Of a DNA stretch of 64,000 bases, positions 1-12,895 are shown piece by piece. The stretch is from Macrostomum lignano. Taxonomy: Eukaryota. A program made the position numbers and the translations under genes. Under the pieces are notes generated by a model. The model had not been told where the DNA came from, did no database searches, and worked only from the letters and a program-made list of their open reading frames with translations. The first letter of the stretch is position 1, and each line of letters starts with the position of its first letter. Where the stretch lies: positions 248,001 to 312,000 of the forward strand of contig NIVC01000986.1 of assembly GCA_002269645.1 (NCBI GenBank), in the 5' to 3' direction.

Positions 1-295
1 AAGATTGACTGAAAGTGACAAGATTGACTGAAAGTGACAAGATTGACTGAAAGTGACAAGATTGACTGAAAGTGACAAGATTGACTGAAAGCGACAATAT
101 TGACTGAAAGTGACAAGATTGACTGAAAGTGACAAGATTGACTGAAAGTGACAAGATTGACTGAAAGTGACAAGATTGACTGAAAGCGACAAGATTGACT
201 GAAAGCGACAAGATTGACTGAAAGCGACAAGAGCGATTGAAAGTGACGAGAGTGACTGAAAGTGACGAAAGTGATTAAAATAGTGACAAGAGTGA
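1..295. repeat. 19-bp tandem repeat (AAGATTGACTGAAAGTGAC), runs off the window start
   Basis: Unit repeats about 15 times and degenerates toward 295. Confidence 0.95.
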
Positions 296-377
296 CAAAA
301 AATCTGTTCCGAGAGCGATGGAAGCTGTACCAGTGTGACAGGCAGGTTCCGCATGGATTCCAGGACCCAGCGTATCC

Positions 378-3300
378 GTGGTGGACTCGCAGCAGCAGCA
401 GCAATCCGCAGAGCTCGCCAACTTGATCGAGACAAACTGCCCCCCGGTGATTCCGATGGACAGCGTGGTGCACATCTTCGACACAGCCACGGAGTCCAAG
501 CGCCGCCTGCCCGGATCTCGCTTGGTGGATGCCGAGTTCCGCATCATCGTGGAGCAGGTGCCATGCCAATTTTGCCTCTATTTCCATTTTTAGTCGGTCA
601 GCTTGCTGACAGGGGCTGTCAGTCGTAGGAATGTGCACTCCCTGACTCCTGAGCACCCTCCCATAGAGGTGGGCAGTGGACCCCAAACAAAGTTTCCTCC
701 TCATCGCCAGGAAGTGGACCTGCGCTGCTGCTTTTGGGGTTGGCCCTCAGCGAGATGTGAGTCGCACAATGCCCAGGCTACGATTGCTTCGTGAATTTCC
801 TCATAAAACAGGTGATGGCCAGGGGCACGGGCGGCGCCAACCGGGTCAAGCCGCTGATGCTGGAGTTCCGCATGAGCCTGGAGAAGCCGCGGCTGCCCTT
901 CTTTCCCAATGAGACCCTGCGGCAGGCCAGCGACTTCGTAGAGTGCATCCGCGGCCTGGCGCCCCGCCTGTCGCAGCGCCAGCTGGACCGTCACGCCAGT
1001 CTCTCCGGCTCCGCGCTGGAGCTCACGGCGCGGGCCGCCGGCAGCTCCTTTCTGAGCCTCCCCGGGCAGCAGCAGCACCTGCCGGCTGCGCAGTTGCAGG
1101 CCGACCACCGCCGGGTGCACAGCTCCGCCGGCATCAACGTGCCGCGGCCTCAGACGGCCGTCCTGCGCAGGCCGGACACCGACGAGTCGGAGGGCGAGGC
1201 GGCGGGTCCGGAGGCCGGTGAGTGGGATTTGGGAGATTTGGCTGAAAAGCTGATTGGGATAAATCTGAGGACGATGTGATGATTTGTACCGGAGCACCGG
1301 GACCTGAGCCTCCCTCCTGCCTGCCTTTCCAGACAGCCAGCAGCCGTCTTCCCCCTCGGCCGAGGCTGCCGCCCCGCTGTCGGCTGGCCTTGCCGGCGAG
1401 CTGCAGAGCCGGGTGGAGGCGGCCATCCGGGAGCAGCAGACTTTGTTGCCCGTGGCTCTCGGCATCAACTGGTGCGCCTCCCCGGATGCGCTGACGGTGA
1501 GCTGCTGGGGATCAGAGTGGGGTTCGGATTAGGGATCTGAGTGGGGAGCAGAGTGGGGATCAGAGTGGGGTTCGGATTAGAGATCTGAGTGGGGTTCGGA
1601 TTAGGGATCAGAGTGGGGTTCGGATTAGGGATCTGAGTGGGGATCAGAGTGGGGTCCAGAGTGAGGATCAGAGTGGGGAGCAGAGTGGGGATCAGAGTGG
1701 GGTTCGGATTAGGGATCTGAGTGGGGATCAGAGTGGGGTCCAGAGTGAGGATCGAAGTGGGGATCAGAGTGGGGATCAGAGTACGTGGGGATCAGAGTGG
1801 GGTCCAGAGTGAGGATCGAAGTGGGGATCAGAGTGGGGATCAGAGTACGTGGGGATCAGAGTGGGGTCCAGAGTGAGGATCGAAGTGGGGATCAGAGTGG
1901 GGATCAGAGTACGTGGGGATCAGAGTGGGGTCCAGAGTGAGGATCGAAGTGGGGATCAGAGTGGGGATCAGAGTACGTGGGGATCAGAGTGGGGATCAGA
2001 GTACGTGGGGATCAGAGTGGGGATCAGAGTGGGGATCAGAGTGGGGATCAGAGTGGGGATCAGAGTGAGAACCAGAGTGGGGATCAGAGTGGGGATCGGA
2101 GTCGGAGTGGGAATCAGAGAGCTGCTTCCGCATCCCTTCAGATGTCGCAGTCGCAGCAGAAGCCCAGCAGGCAAGAGAAGGTGCTCCTTGCGTGGCGGCT
2201 GATGGCCGAGGCGAGCTCTGCGCTGGTCGCCGTCTTCCCAGAGCTGAAGAACAGCGAGGAAAATTCAGCGGCGATCGACAGCTCACTGCAGCAGCTGTCT
2301 GCCCTGGCCCGGGCCACCGCCGTCTGCCTCGACCGGGTGAGCCATGGCCGGGTGGGAGACAGGGTGTTGGTAAGACAGGGTGTTGGTGAGACAGGGTTTT
2401 GGTGAAACAGGGTGGTGGTGAGACAGGGTGGTGGTGAGACAGGGTGGTGGTAGGACAGGGTGCTGGTGAGACAGGGTGGTGGTGAGACAAGGTGCTGGTG
2501 AGACAGGGTGTTGGTGAGACAGGGTGTTGGTGAGACGGTGGTGTTGAGACAGGGTGTTGGTGAAGACGGTGCTGGTGAGACGGTGGTGGTGAGACAGGTG
2601 CTGGTGAGACGGTGCTGGTGAGACAGGGTGTTGGTGAGACGGTGCTGGTGAGACAGGGTGCTGGTGAGACAGGGTGTTGTTGAGACAGGGTGCTGGTGAG
2701 ACAGGGTGGTGGTGAGACGGTGCTGGTGAGACAGGGTGGTGGTGAGACAGGGTGCTGGTGAGACAGGGTGGTGGTGAGACAGGGTGTTGGTGAGACGGTG
2801 CTGGTGAGATGGTGCTGGTGAGACAGGGTGGTGGTGAGACAGGGTGCTGGTGAGACGGTGCTGGTGAGACGGTGCTGGTGAGACAGGGTGGTGGTGAGAC
2901 AGGGTGCTGGTGAGACAGGGTGTTGGTGAGACGGTGCTGGTGAGATGGTGCTGGTGAGACAGGGTGTTGGTGAGACAAGGTGCTGGTGAGACAGGGTGTT
3001 GGTGAGACAAGGTGCTGGTGAGACAGGGTGGTGGAGAGACAGGGTGGTGGTTAGACAGGGTGGTGGTAAGACAGGATGTTGGTGAGACAGGGTGCTGGTG
3101 AGACGGTGTTAGTGAGACGGTGCTGGTGAGACAGGGTGTTGGTGAGACAGGGTGCTGGTGAGACGTGGTGGTGAGACAGGTGCTGGTGAGACGGTGGTGG
3201 TGAGACAGGTGCCTGTGAGTCAGGGTGTTGTTGAGACAGGGTGCTGGTGAGACGGTGGTGGTGAGACAGGGTGCTGGTGAGACAGGGTGTTGGTGAGACA

Positions 3301-5653
3301 GGGTGTTGGTGAGACAGAGTGCTGGTTAGACGGTGGTGGTGAGACAGGTGCTGGTGAGACAGGGTGTTGGTGAGACAGAGTGCTGGTTAGACGGTGGTGG
3401 TGAGACAGGTGCTGGTGAGACAGGGTGTTGGTGAGACAGAGTGCTGGTTAGACGGTGGTGGTGAGACAGGTGCTGGTGAGACGGTGCTGGTGAGACAGGG
3501 TGTTGGTGAGACAGGGTGGTGGTGAGACAGGGTGGTGGTGAGACAGGGTGGTGGTGAGACAGGATGTTGGTGAGACAGGGTGCTGGTGAGACAGGGTGGT
3601 GGTGAGACAGGGTGGTGGTGAGACAGGGTGGTGGTGAGACAGGATGTTGGTGAGACAGGGTGGTGGTGAGACAGGGTGCTGGTGAGACAGGGTGTTGGTG
3701 AGACAGGGTGGTGGTGAGACAGGGTGCTGGTGAGACAGGGTGTTGGTGAGACAGGGTGGTGGTGAGACAAGGTGCTGGTAAGACAGGGTGGTGGTGAGAC
3801 AGGGTGGTGGTGAGACAGGGTGGTGGTGAGACAGGGTGGTGGTGAGACAAGGTGCTGGTAAGACAGGGTGGTGGTGAGACAGGGTGGTGAGACAGGGTGG
3901 TTGTGAGACAGGATGTTGGTGAGACAGGGTGGTGGTGAGACAGGGTGGTGGTGAGACAGGATGTTGGTGAGACAGGGTGCTGGTGAGACAGGGTGCTGGT
4001 GAGACAGGGTGTTGGTGAGACAGAGTGCTGGTTAGACGGTGGTGGTGAGACAGGTGCTGGTGAGACGGTGCTGGTGAGACAGGGTGTTGGTGAGACAAGG
4101 TGCTGGTGAGACAGGGTGCTGGTGAGACAGGGTGGTGGTGAGACAGGGTGGTGGTGAGACAGGGTGGTGGTGAGACAGGATGTTGGTGAGACAGGGTGGT
4201 GGTGAGACAGGGTGCTGGAGAGACACTTGGTAAATGTGACGCAGTGGGTGAGTCAGTTCTCTGAGTGTAAAGTAGTCGCAGTCCACCTTTACCTGTGTTC
4301 TCAAATGGCGTGTCTCCAACGATTACCGATGTTATTTTTGTAGGAAACGCAGAAGCCTCAGGCGGTGGATATTCGCTCACCCACCAGCTCAGCCGGTGAG
4401 TCACATTAAAGTGGCCTTGTTTATTTTAATTTAGCATTTATTTTTTTGAATTTCAATTCTCACTCAATTCCCTGTTGCAGAAGCCGAGTCCAAGTTTCGT
4501 CTATCAAGTGAGCACTGCTTTACTCGGGCATAGAGTTTTAACCTGCCGCATTTCAGTTTGACAGAGCCAGTGGGCAGAATTTCTTCCTCCTATCCTCATG
4601 CTCAGATCTCCAATCTCATATCTCTAATCTCCAATCTCCAATCTCAGATCTCCAATCTCAGATCTCCAATCTCAGATCTCCAATCTCAGATCTCCAATCT
4701 CAGATCTCCAATCTCAGATCTCCAATCTCAGATCTCCTATCTCAGATCTCCAATCTCAGATCTCCAATCTCAGATCTCCAATCTCAGATCTCCTATCTCA
4801 GATCTCCAATCTCAGATCTCCAATCTCAGATCTCCAATCTTTGGTCCCTAATATCTGATTCCCATTCCCTCATCCAAATTTTCTGATCCCCATTCTGACT
4901 TTCAATTTTTGAACGAAAGTCACCCAGCCAAAACTCGCAGCTCGCAATCAAATGCTAGCCAATCAAATGCTAGCCAATCAAATGCTAGCCAATCAAATGC
5001 TAGCCAATCAAATGCTAGCCAATCAAATGCTAGCTAATAAAATGCTAGCCAATCAAATGCTAGCCAATCAAATGCTAGCCAATCAAATGCCAGCCAATCA
5101 AATGCCAGCCAATCAAATGCCAGCCAATCAAATGCCAGCCAATCAAATGCCAGCCAATCAAATGCCAGCAATCAAATGCCAGCCAATATTCCTTCACCTA
5201 TCAGGAGTGTCGGAGATTTCAGCGGACAGCCAGACGCAGCCGCCGCAGGAGCTCGTGCTGACTGAGCGGCGGTCGCAAATCTCTTCGGAATCTTCGTCGC
5301 CTCCAACGACGCCCAAGCCGCGAGCACAGTCGACACCGCCGCTGACGCCGCCGCAACAGGAGAAGCCACAGAAGCCGCCGAAGCCGCCGAAGCCGCCGAA
5401 GCCGCCAACGCCGGTGCCGCGGACTTCGGCGCAGCAGCCGCAGCTGGTGGCTGCCGTGCCCGTACCGGCGGTGTCAGCGGCGCCGCCAGCAGCACCGGCC
5501 GCAGCCCAAGCGGCGAACCCGGGAGATGACGGGTCCAGCAGCGAGTCAGAGTCGGAGACAGAATCCGGGGACAGCAGCAGCGAGTACACCAGCTCCGAAG
5601 CGGAGACAGAGTCCCGCGGCCAGACCGTCGGCTCCAGGGACTCGCAAGTGTGA
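378..5653 (+). CDS. Multi-exon host gene of unknown function (5' end not resolved)
   Basis: In-frame GT-AG exon chain read by hand: 812-1217, 1333-1496, 2142-2336, 4344-4395, 5205-5653 (TGA), with matching phases at each junction. Probable upstream exons lie near 378-557 and 711-756 (boundaries uncertain). Strong GC3 bias; no domain recognised. Confidence 0.7.
1500..2110. repeat. 12-bp-based minisatellite (GAGTGGGGATCA variants) filling an intron
   Basis: Visible tandem periodicity; the ORFs GIRVGIRV/SGDQSGDQ are its translations. Confidence 0.9.
2350..4225. repeat. 16-bp minisatellite (GAGACAGGGTG[C/G/T]TGGT, with 14-bp variants) filling an intron
   Basis: GAGAC recurs with period 16 (e.g. 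2420, 2436). Confidence 0.95.
4600..4840. repeat. 14-bp minisatellite (CTCAGATCTCCAAT)
   Basis: Direct tandem periodicity. Confidence 0.95.
4945..5190. repeat. 15-bp minisatellite (AATCAAATGC[T/C]AGCC), intronic
   Basis: Tandem unit gives the MLANQ/MPANQ pseudo-translation; a splice acceptor follows at 5203-5204. Confidence 0.9.
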
Positions 5654-6189
5654 AGAGGCTGGGATTGCCGAGTGCGCGGCAGACTTTGCCGACTGACCTT
5701 CAGTTGTGCCTAACTCTCTGCTATTTAGCAATACGAAAAGTGCACGCATCAATCCAGCCGCGACCTGGGATATTCAGTCTGGGGACCTGGGCGCGCGGGC
5801 CATGCTGCATCAATATGCTTTAATCAGCCACTGCCTTGCGAAGTGTGAGTGATACATGTAACTGCTTAGCGCAAGGCAACCCGCCACATCTCGCAGCCGC
5901 CTTCACTTCATTCCCATAAGCCGCCGAACCAAGCCGAGTTCAACCAAAAATATATATTCAACTTTTAATCGTCTTGCGATAATCTGATATGCACTACTCA
6001 AAGTAAATACGTGTTTTCCTTATTTCGTAAATTATGATAAGCCGGCAAGTGTTGATGAACTCTTTCCAGAGTTTTGGGGCGAAAAGGAAGAGAAATTGAT
6101 AAGAGAGAGCTTAGAATCGAATTACCGAATTTCAGAAAGGAAGGAGAGGGTGCAGGAGTGATTGAGAGGGTGCAGAAGTGATTGAGAGG

Positions 6190-7020
6190 GTGCAAAGCTG
6201 GGGGGAAGCCACGCAGTGGTGGGGGCTGGGGCAAAGAGGCAAGCCACGCAGGCTTGGGGTGGGCAAAGCCACGTGCACGCAGAGTTGGGGGTAGGGCAAG
6301 CCACGCAGGCTTGGGGTGGGCAAAGCCACGTGCACGCAGAGTTGGGGGTAGGGCAAGCCACGCAGGCTTGGGGGGGTGGGCAAGCCACGCAGGGGTGGGG
6401 TGGGGCAAAGCCACGCAGTGGTGAGGGGGTGGGGCAAAGAGGCAAGCCACGCAGGCCTGGGGGTGGGCAAAGCCACGTGCACGCAGAGTTGGGGGTAGGG
6501 CAAGCCACGCAGGCTTGGGGGTGGGCAAAGCCACGTGCACGCAGAGTTGGGGGTAGGGCAAGCCACGCAGGCTTGGGGGGGTGGGCAAGCCACGCAGGGG
6601 TGGGGTGGGGCAAAGCCACGCAGTGGTGAGGGGGTGGGGCAAAGAGGCAAGCCACGCAGGCCTGGGGGTGGGCAAAGCCACGTGCACGCAGAGTTGGGGG
6701 TAGGGCAATCCACGCAGGGGTGGGGTGGGGCAAAGCCACGCAGTGGTGGGGGGTGGGGCAAAGAGGCAAGCCACGCAGTGGTGGGGGGTGGGGCAAAGAG
6801 GCAAGCCACGCAGTGGTGGGGGGTGGGGCAAAGAGGCAAGCCACGCAGTGGTGGGGGGTGGGGCAAAGAGGCAAGCCACGCAGTGGTGGGGGTAGGGGCA
6901 AAGAGGCAAGCCACGCAGTGGTGGGGGTGGGGCAAAGAGGCAAGCCACGCAGGCCTGGGGGTGGGCAAAGCCACGTGCACGCAGGGTTGGGGTGGGGCAA
7001 GCCAAGCATGGGGTGGGGGC
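6190..7020. repeat. G-rich compound minisatellite built on GCAAGCCACGCAG / GGGGTGGGGCAAA modules
   Basis: Modules recur in variable order. Confidence 0.9.
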
Positions 7021-7442
7021 AAAATTCACAGAGTTAAAAGGCAAGAGAGATTGAAGGTAGAATCCGGAAGTCTAGCCAATCAGCGGTCTTCTTGTCTAGA
7101 GACATGAGCTGCCAAGCCCAAACGACGAGAGAAATCAAAAGCGGGCAGCCAATGAGAATACGAAAAAACTAAAACATTGGCGGGATAAGGCAGGGGACAA
7201 ACTAGAATGAACAAACGAAAGGAAAAGAAGAAGCTGGGGTTCTATTCTTTCCTCCATGGTTTTAGTTGTCTCTTGATGATCATCTATATTAATCCATACT
7301 AAGTTGGCAGAGTTATAAATAAAGTTCCTACAACAGCATTTCGGCCATAGACGGACGGATCAGACCTGCGCCCATATGCAGATAGAAGCCTAGCGGGACG
7401 GAAATCCGCCAAAACAGCTCAGATAACCAAGAGTAAACACAG

Positions 7443-8051
7443 ATGGGGCAGCAGGCTAAGAAGAAGCCGAGCCTCACCGCTGATGAAGTCGGGCAGCTGG
7501 ACAGCGACTACAAGGACGTCTTCATGCGGCGCCTGGCCACCGACATGCAGGCGGAAGGCGTGGCCCCCAACGACCTCAAGAAGCGCTTTGGCCTGGCCAA
7601 GGACAGCCTGGACCGTCTGCTGCCCGAGTACAAGCTGTTGCTGTCCCGCTTCGACCTCAGTTTGTACAGCTACTGCCAGGAGGCGCTGACGGCCCGCTAC
7701 CTGCACAGCAAGCAGATCGGCTCCGACCAGATCATCCAGACCTCCAGCTCCTCGCACAATATTATCGAGGTCGACGAGGCGGCCGTGGCGGCGGCGGCTG
7801 AGGCGCACCGCCGGCGCTGGAAGGAGATGCAGCGCCAGGAGCTGCACAAGGCCAGCCGGGAGAAGCTGGGCAACGTGATGGAGCTCATCCGGTCCGAGGA
7901 GCGGCCCGTGCAGGCCTTCCCCGAGGGGGGCACCAACAGTGAGAACGGCGCGGCCGACCTCGGCACCAGCGGCTCCGGCGGCGCTTCCGGCGTTGGCGCC
8001 AGCGCGGACGGCGGTGCCACAGTCACTGGCGACCGCGGCGCTGGCGCCTAA
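7443..8051 (+). CDS. Hypothetical protein (202 aa; may be a terminal exon)
   Basis: Non-repetitive ORF with very strong GC3 codon bias and AT-rich flanks. Confidence 0.65.
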   Translation: MGQQAKKKPSLTADEVGQLDSDYKDVFMRRLATDMQAEGVAPNDLKKRFGLAKDSLDRLLPEYKLLLSRFDLSLYSYCQEALTARYLHSKQIGSDQIIQTSSSSHNIIEVDEAAVAAAAEAHRRRWKEMQRQELHKASREKLGNVMELIRSEERPVQAFPEGGTNSENGAADLGTSGSGGASGVGASADGGATVTGDRGAGA

Positions 8052-8224
8052 AGAACCTCCGCTTCTTTGAATCGAACTGACTGATAGTGGTGGGACTGAG
8101 TGCTTCTGTTTCTGTGCGAATTCCATTCGGTTGCTGAAGTTCTGCTCAAATTCCCGTGAAGGCTTTGACAAAACTTTTCTGAATAAAGCATTTAAGTTTT
8201 AGTCCGTGACTTCTGACTCAGGGA

Positions 8225-9210
8225 AACGATTAGCGGTTTTTCTGGCAGCGGAGTCCTGAAGGACAGGGAGGGAGACAGCGGAGTTCTGAGATACAGGAAG
8301 GGAGACAGCGGAGTTTTGAAGGACACGGAGGGAGACAGCGGAGTTCTGAAGGACAGGAAGGGAGACAGCGGAGTCCTGAAGGACACGGAGGGAGACAGCT
8401 AGCGGAGTCTGAAGGACACGGAGGGAGACAGCTAGCGGAGTCCTGAAGGACACGGAGGGAGACAGCGCAGACCTGAAGGACAGGGAGGGAGACAGCGGAG
8501 TTCTGAAAGACAGGGAGGGAGACAGCGGAGTTCTGAAGGACAGGAAGGGAGACAGCGGAGTTCTGAAGGACAGGAAGGGAGACAGCGGAGTCCTGAAGGA
8601 CACGGAGGGAGACAGCTAGCGGAGTCCTGAAGGACACGGAGGGAGACAGCTAGCGGAGTCCTGAAGGACACGGAGGGAGACAGCGGAGTTCTGAAAGACA
8701 GGGAGGGAGACAGCGGAGTTCTGAAAGACAGGGAGGGAGACAGCGGAGTTCTGAAAGACAGGGAGGGAGACAGCGGAGTTCTGAAGGACAGGAAGGGAGA
8801 CAGCGGAGTCCTGAAGGACACGGAGGGAGACAGCGGAGTTCTGAAGGACAGGAAGGGAGACAGCGGAGTCCTGAAGGACACGGAGGGAGACAGCGGAGTT
8901 CTGAAGGACAGGAAGGGAGACAGCGGAGTCCTGAAGGACAGGGAGGGAGACAGCTAGCGGAGTCCTGAAGGACACGGAGGGAGACAGCGGAGTCCTGAAG
9001 GACACGGAGGGAGACAGCGGAGTCCTGAAGGACACGGAGGGAGACAGCGGAGTCCTGAAGGACACGGAGGGAGACAGCGGAGTCCTGAAGGACACGGAGG
9101 GAGACAGCGGAGTCCTGAAGGACACGGAGGGAGACAGCGGAGTCCTGAAGGACACGGAGGGAGACAGCGGAGTCCTGAAGGACACGGAGGGAGACAGCGT
9201 AGACCTGAAG
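8225..9210. repeat. 30-bp minisatellite (GGAGGGAGACAGCGGAGTCCTGAAGGACAC)
   Basis: Rows at 9001, 9061 and 9121 are identical, i.e. two units per 60 bp. Confidence 0.95.
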
Positions 9211-9699
9211 GACAGGTAGGAGATGAAATCTGGTGGTTGCCTGTGGCGGCATAGCGGCGGCACAACAGTGGCAGCTAGGTACTTTTCATTCCGGATACGG
9301 AACTCTGGGGCCCACTTAGCAGAGCGACCCCAGACGGGCTCCACACAATCTTCCAGTTCAGCATTGCGGCGCTCAGAATGCTGGCCTTTGTTGCAATAAA
9401 GTTTTTCTCAGTGAATTTAGAAAAGTAAAAAGCAGAAAATCACCCTGTGCGGGACGACTCCTGCGGAGCCTCCCGTGCTCAGCACCGGAAATGGAAAACT
9501 GGAAATGCGAAGAGTTCCGCTTTTTGCAGAGTTGGGCTGGGGATGGGCAGGCGCTGGCTGCTAGCCCTGCTGGCGCTGCGGGCTTGGGTCTGGAAAAATC
9601 CTGCCGGGCTTGAAAATGCCGACTGCGCCTGATAAAGTTGCTGGGGCTTTTAGTGGATTTATGAAATTTGCATGCAGAGTAGGGAAGGCGGAGAGCGGA

Positions 9700-10875
9700 G
9701 AAGGGTAGGGACAGAGTGGAGAAGGGTAGGGACAGGGTTGAGAAGGGTAGGGACAGGGTTGAGAAGGGTAGGGACAGGGTTGAGAAGGGTAGGGACAGGG
9801 TTGAGAAGGGTAGGGACAGGGTTGAGAAGGGTAGGGACAGGGCGGAGAAGGGTAGGGACAGGGTTGAGAAGGGTAGGGACAGGGTTGAGAAGGGTAGGGA
9901 CAGGGTTGAGAAGGGTAGGGACAGGGTTGAGAAGGGTAGGGACAGAGTGGAGAAGGGTAGGGACAGGGTTGAGAAGGGTAGGGACAGGGTTGAGAAGGGT
10001 AGGGACAGGGTTGAGAAGGGTAGGGACAGGGCGGAGAAGGGTAGGGACAGGGTTGAGAAGGGTAGGGACAGGGTTGAGAAGGGTAGGGACAGGGTTGAGA
10101 AGGGTAGGGACAGGGTTGAGAAGGGTAGGGACAGGGCGGAGAAGGGTAGGGACAGGGTTGAGAAGGGTAGGGACAGGGTTGAGAAGGGTAGGGACAGGGC
10201 GGAGAAGGGTAGGGACAGGGAGGAGAAGGGTAGGGGCAGGGAGGAGAAGGGTAGGGGCAGGGCGGAGAAGGGTAGGGGCAGGGAGGAGAAGGGTATGGAC
10301 AGGGAGGAGAAGGGTAGGGACAGGGAGGAGAAGGGTAGGGGCAGGGTTGAGAAGGGTAGGGGCAGGGAGGAGAAGGGTATGGACAGGGAGGAGAAGGGTA
10401 GGGACAGGGAGGAGAAGGGTAGGGACAGGGCGGAGAAGGGTAGGGACAGGGTTGAGAAGGGTAGGGGCAGGGAGGAGAAGGGTAGGGACAGGGAGGAGAA
10501 GGGTAGGGACAGGGTTGAGAAGGGTAGGGGCAGGGCGGAGAAGGGTAGGGACAGGGAGGAGAAGGGTAGGGACAGGGAGGAGAAGGGTAGGGACAGGGAG
10601 GAGAAGGGTAGGGACAGGGTTGAGAAGGGTAGGGGCAGGGTTGAGAAGGGTAGGGACAGGGCGGAGAAGGGTAGGGACAGGGAGGAGAAGGGTATGGACA
10701 GGGAGGAGAAGGGTAGGGACAGGGCGGAGAAGGGTATGGACAGGGAGGAGAAGGGTAGGGACAGGGAGGAGAAGGGTAGGGGCAGGGAGGAGAAGGGTAG
10801 GGACAGGGAGGAGAAGGGTAGGGACAGGGAGGAGAAGGGTAGGGACAGGGCGGAGAAGGGTATGGACAGGGCGGA
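9700..10875. repeat. 21-bp G-rich minisatellite (AGAAGGGTAGGGACAGGGTTG variants)
   Basis: About 55 units, with a gradient of variants from left to right. Confidence 0.95.
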
Positions 10876-11234
10876 TTAGGCAGGGCTATACCGTGCCAGT
10901 GGAGCATTGTGTAGGGCAGAAATCAGCGCAAGTCATGGAGTTTCTACAGTTGCCATAGCAGCGAATTGCACCTGCAATTTCCATGTAGTAAATTGAAGCA
11001 ATTATCTGATGAAGCGATTCAGGAGATCAGCCTCAGAGTTTTCTCCAGCAGGAAATTCGGCCTTTTCCCTGGTTTGCACTTGTCAGACCTCCAGCCATGA
11101 GTGGCCAAATCCAGCCACTTACCCGCTCCCATCTCCCCTCTCGCCAGCAGCTCCCAGTCAGGGAATGCTTGTCAAAGTCCAGGTGCTTCAGCGCTTCAGC
11201 ACTCAGTGGGTTTGAGGCACTTGTTCAGCAGGCA

Positions 11235-11500
11235 GGGGGTTGTAGCCCAGTGTTTAGAGCGTCGGACTCACGACCGAACGGTCAGGGGTTCGATTCTCAA
11301 CCTACTCGTAACAATTAGTGTCCTTGAGCAAGGCCACTTAACTCTACATTGATTCAGTTCACCCAGCTGTAAAATGGGTGCCAGCATTAGCTGGGGTAAT
11401 TGAGGGTGTGTGGCGACCCCCCTCCAGGCCTTGGACTGAACAGCCGTACGCAGCTTTCAGATGCGCGCTGCGCAATAGCTGCGGCTGAGCTGTCGGTTGT
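11235..11500 (+). mobile_element. tRNA-derived SINE with a CORE/MIR-like central domain
   Basis: A box (TAGCCCAGTGTTTAG) and B box (GGTTCGATTC), followed by GTGTCCTTGAGCAAGGCCACTTAACTC...CAGCTGTAAAATGGG, which resembles the CORE domain. 3' end approximate. Confidence 0.7.
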
Positions 11501-11778
11501 AATAAAAATGTATTTGTGTAATAAAAAACAGCAGGCACTTGAGCAGCACTGTACAGTGTAACAAGCACTTGTACACTGTCTGGCTTCGCTCTCGCATTTT
11601 CATCAATATTACTACTTCTGCATTCAAAAGCTTTCATAGGTTAATTTCCTGAGCTGCAGAAGGGCTCTTATTCCCAACCAGTTGGCACGGGATCGCTTCG
11701 CTCTCCCGACGGCTTGGCTGATTGGCTGGGGCCTCCCACAGTTAAAAAGCGGCTAAAAAGCGCGGAGAACGCAGGGCT

Positions 11779-12636
11779 GTGCGCCGCTGCCTGCTGAGCT
11801 CAAGCCTGCCTGCTCAAGTTGAGCTGCAGACTTCACTTCCCCAATCTCAGATCCCCAGTCTCTTGCCTGTTTCCAGCCCCCATGGTAGTGCCGGGCTAGC
11901 CGTGAGTTCGAATCCGTGCTCCATGTTCACCCGGCCCACCGCCGCCACGCCGGAGTCGCCGGTCGCGACTGTTGCCGACGAGGCTCCGGCGCCGCCGCCA
12001 GCGATGGCAGCCGCCGTTGCGGCCGCCGGTGCCGTCAGCTTCGAGGACGAGGAGCTCGACGACTTCGACGACTTCGCGGGCTACGGCGTCATCGCTGAGA
12101 GCTCCGCTGACCTGACCGGAGCCGGCGGATTCGCCGACCTCGCCACATCGTCAGGCATGAAGAGCCAGGCAACGCTGACGGACTGCAGCCACACCGCCCT
12201 GCCGGAGGTCGGCGAGCTGCTGCAGGACCGCGTCAAGCTGATGCTATGCGGCGGCCTCGTCCTGCTGCACAGCGTGGCGCTCATCGTGCTGGACGTGCTG
12301 ATGATGCGCCGCCGCTGCTCCCCCATGCTCGGCGGCTCCTTCGCCGTCTTCGCCGCCGCTTTAGCCGTTGCCATAGCAACCACCCTGCTCGTCTTCGTCC
12401 GAGTCTTTGGTCGGCGCGCCATCGTCATCGTCGCTTGCGTCTGGGCGGCCAGCCTGACGATGGACGCCTGCTGGGTCTGCCTGACCTTCCCGCGGCTGGA
12501 CATCAGCAGCTGCCTGGGCACCGCCATGATCGGCGTGACGGCCGTGGGGCTCGTGGCCTGCCCGGCCAGCCTGGTGGCCTTCGTCATCATGCACAGCTGG
12601 TACCGGGTGAAGCCCAGCGAGGGCCAGGGCCAGTGA
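11779..12636 (+). CDS. Hypothetical membrane protein (acidic N-terminal stretch, about 4 C-terminal hydrophobic segments); probable start near ATG 11922
   Basis: GC3-biased ORF with hydrophobic helices (LMLCGGLVLLHSVALIVL, FAVFAAALAVAIATTLLVFV, AIVIVACVWAASL, AMIGVTAVGLVACPASLVAFVIM). Confidence 0.65.
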   Translation: MRRCLLSSSLPAQVELQTSLPQSQIPSLLPVSSPHGSAGLAVSSNPCSMFTRPTAATPESPVATVADEAPAPPPAMAAAVAAAGAVSFEDEELDDFDDFAGYGVIAESSADLTGAGGFADLATSSGMKSQATLTDCSHTALPEVGELLQDRVKLMLCGGLVLLHSVALIVLDVLMMRRRCSPMLGGSFAVFAAALAVAIATTLLVFVRVFGRRAIVIVACVWAASLTMDACWVCLTFPRLDISSCLGTAMIGVTAVGLVACPASLVAFVIMHSWYRVKPSEGQGQ

Positions 12637-12674
12637 CCCTCTAGGCTCTACTGGGGAGATGAGATAGGTAGATA

Positions 12675-12895
<221 letters not shown>

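Noticed and set aside
11235-11310. Possible tRNA gene
   Set aside because: A/B boxes are present, but I cannot form an acceptor stem, and the sequence runs into a CORE-like SINE body.
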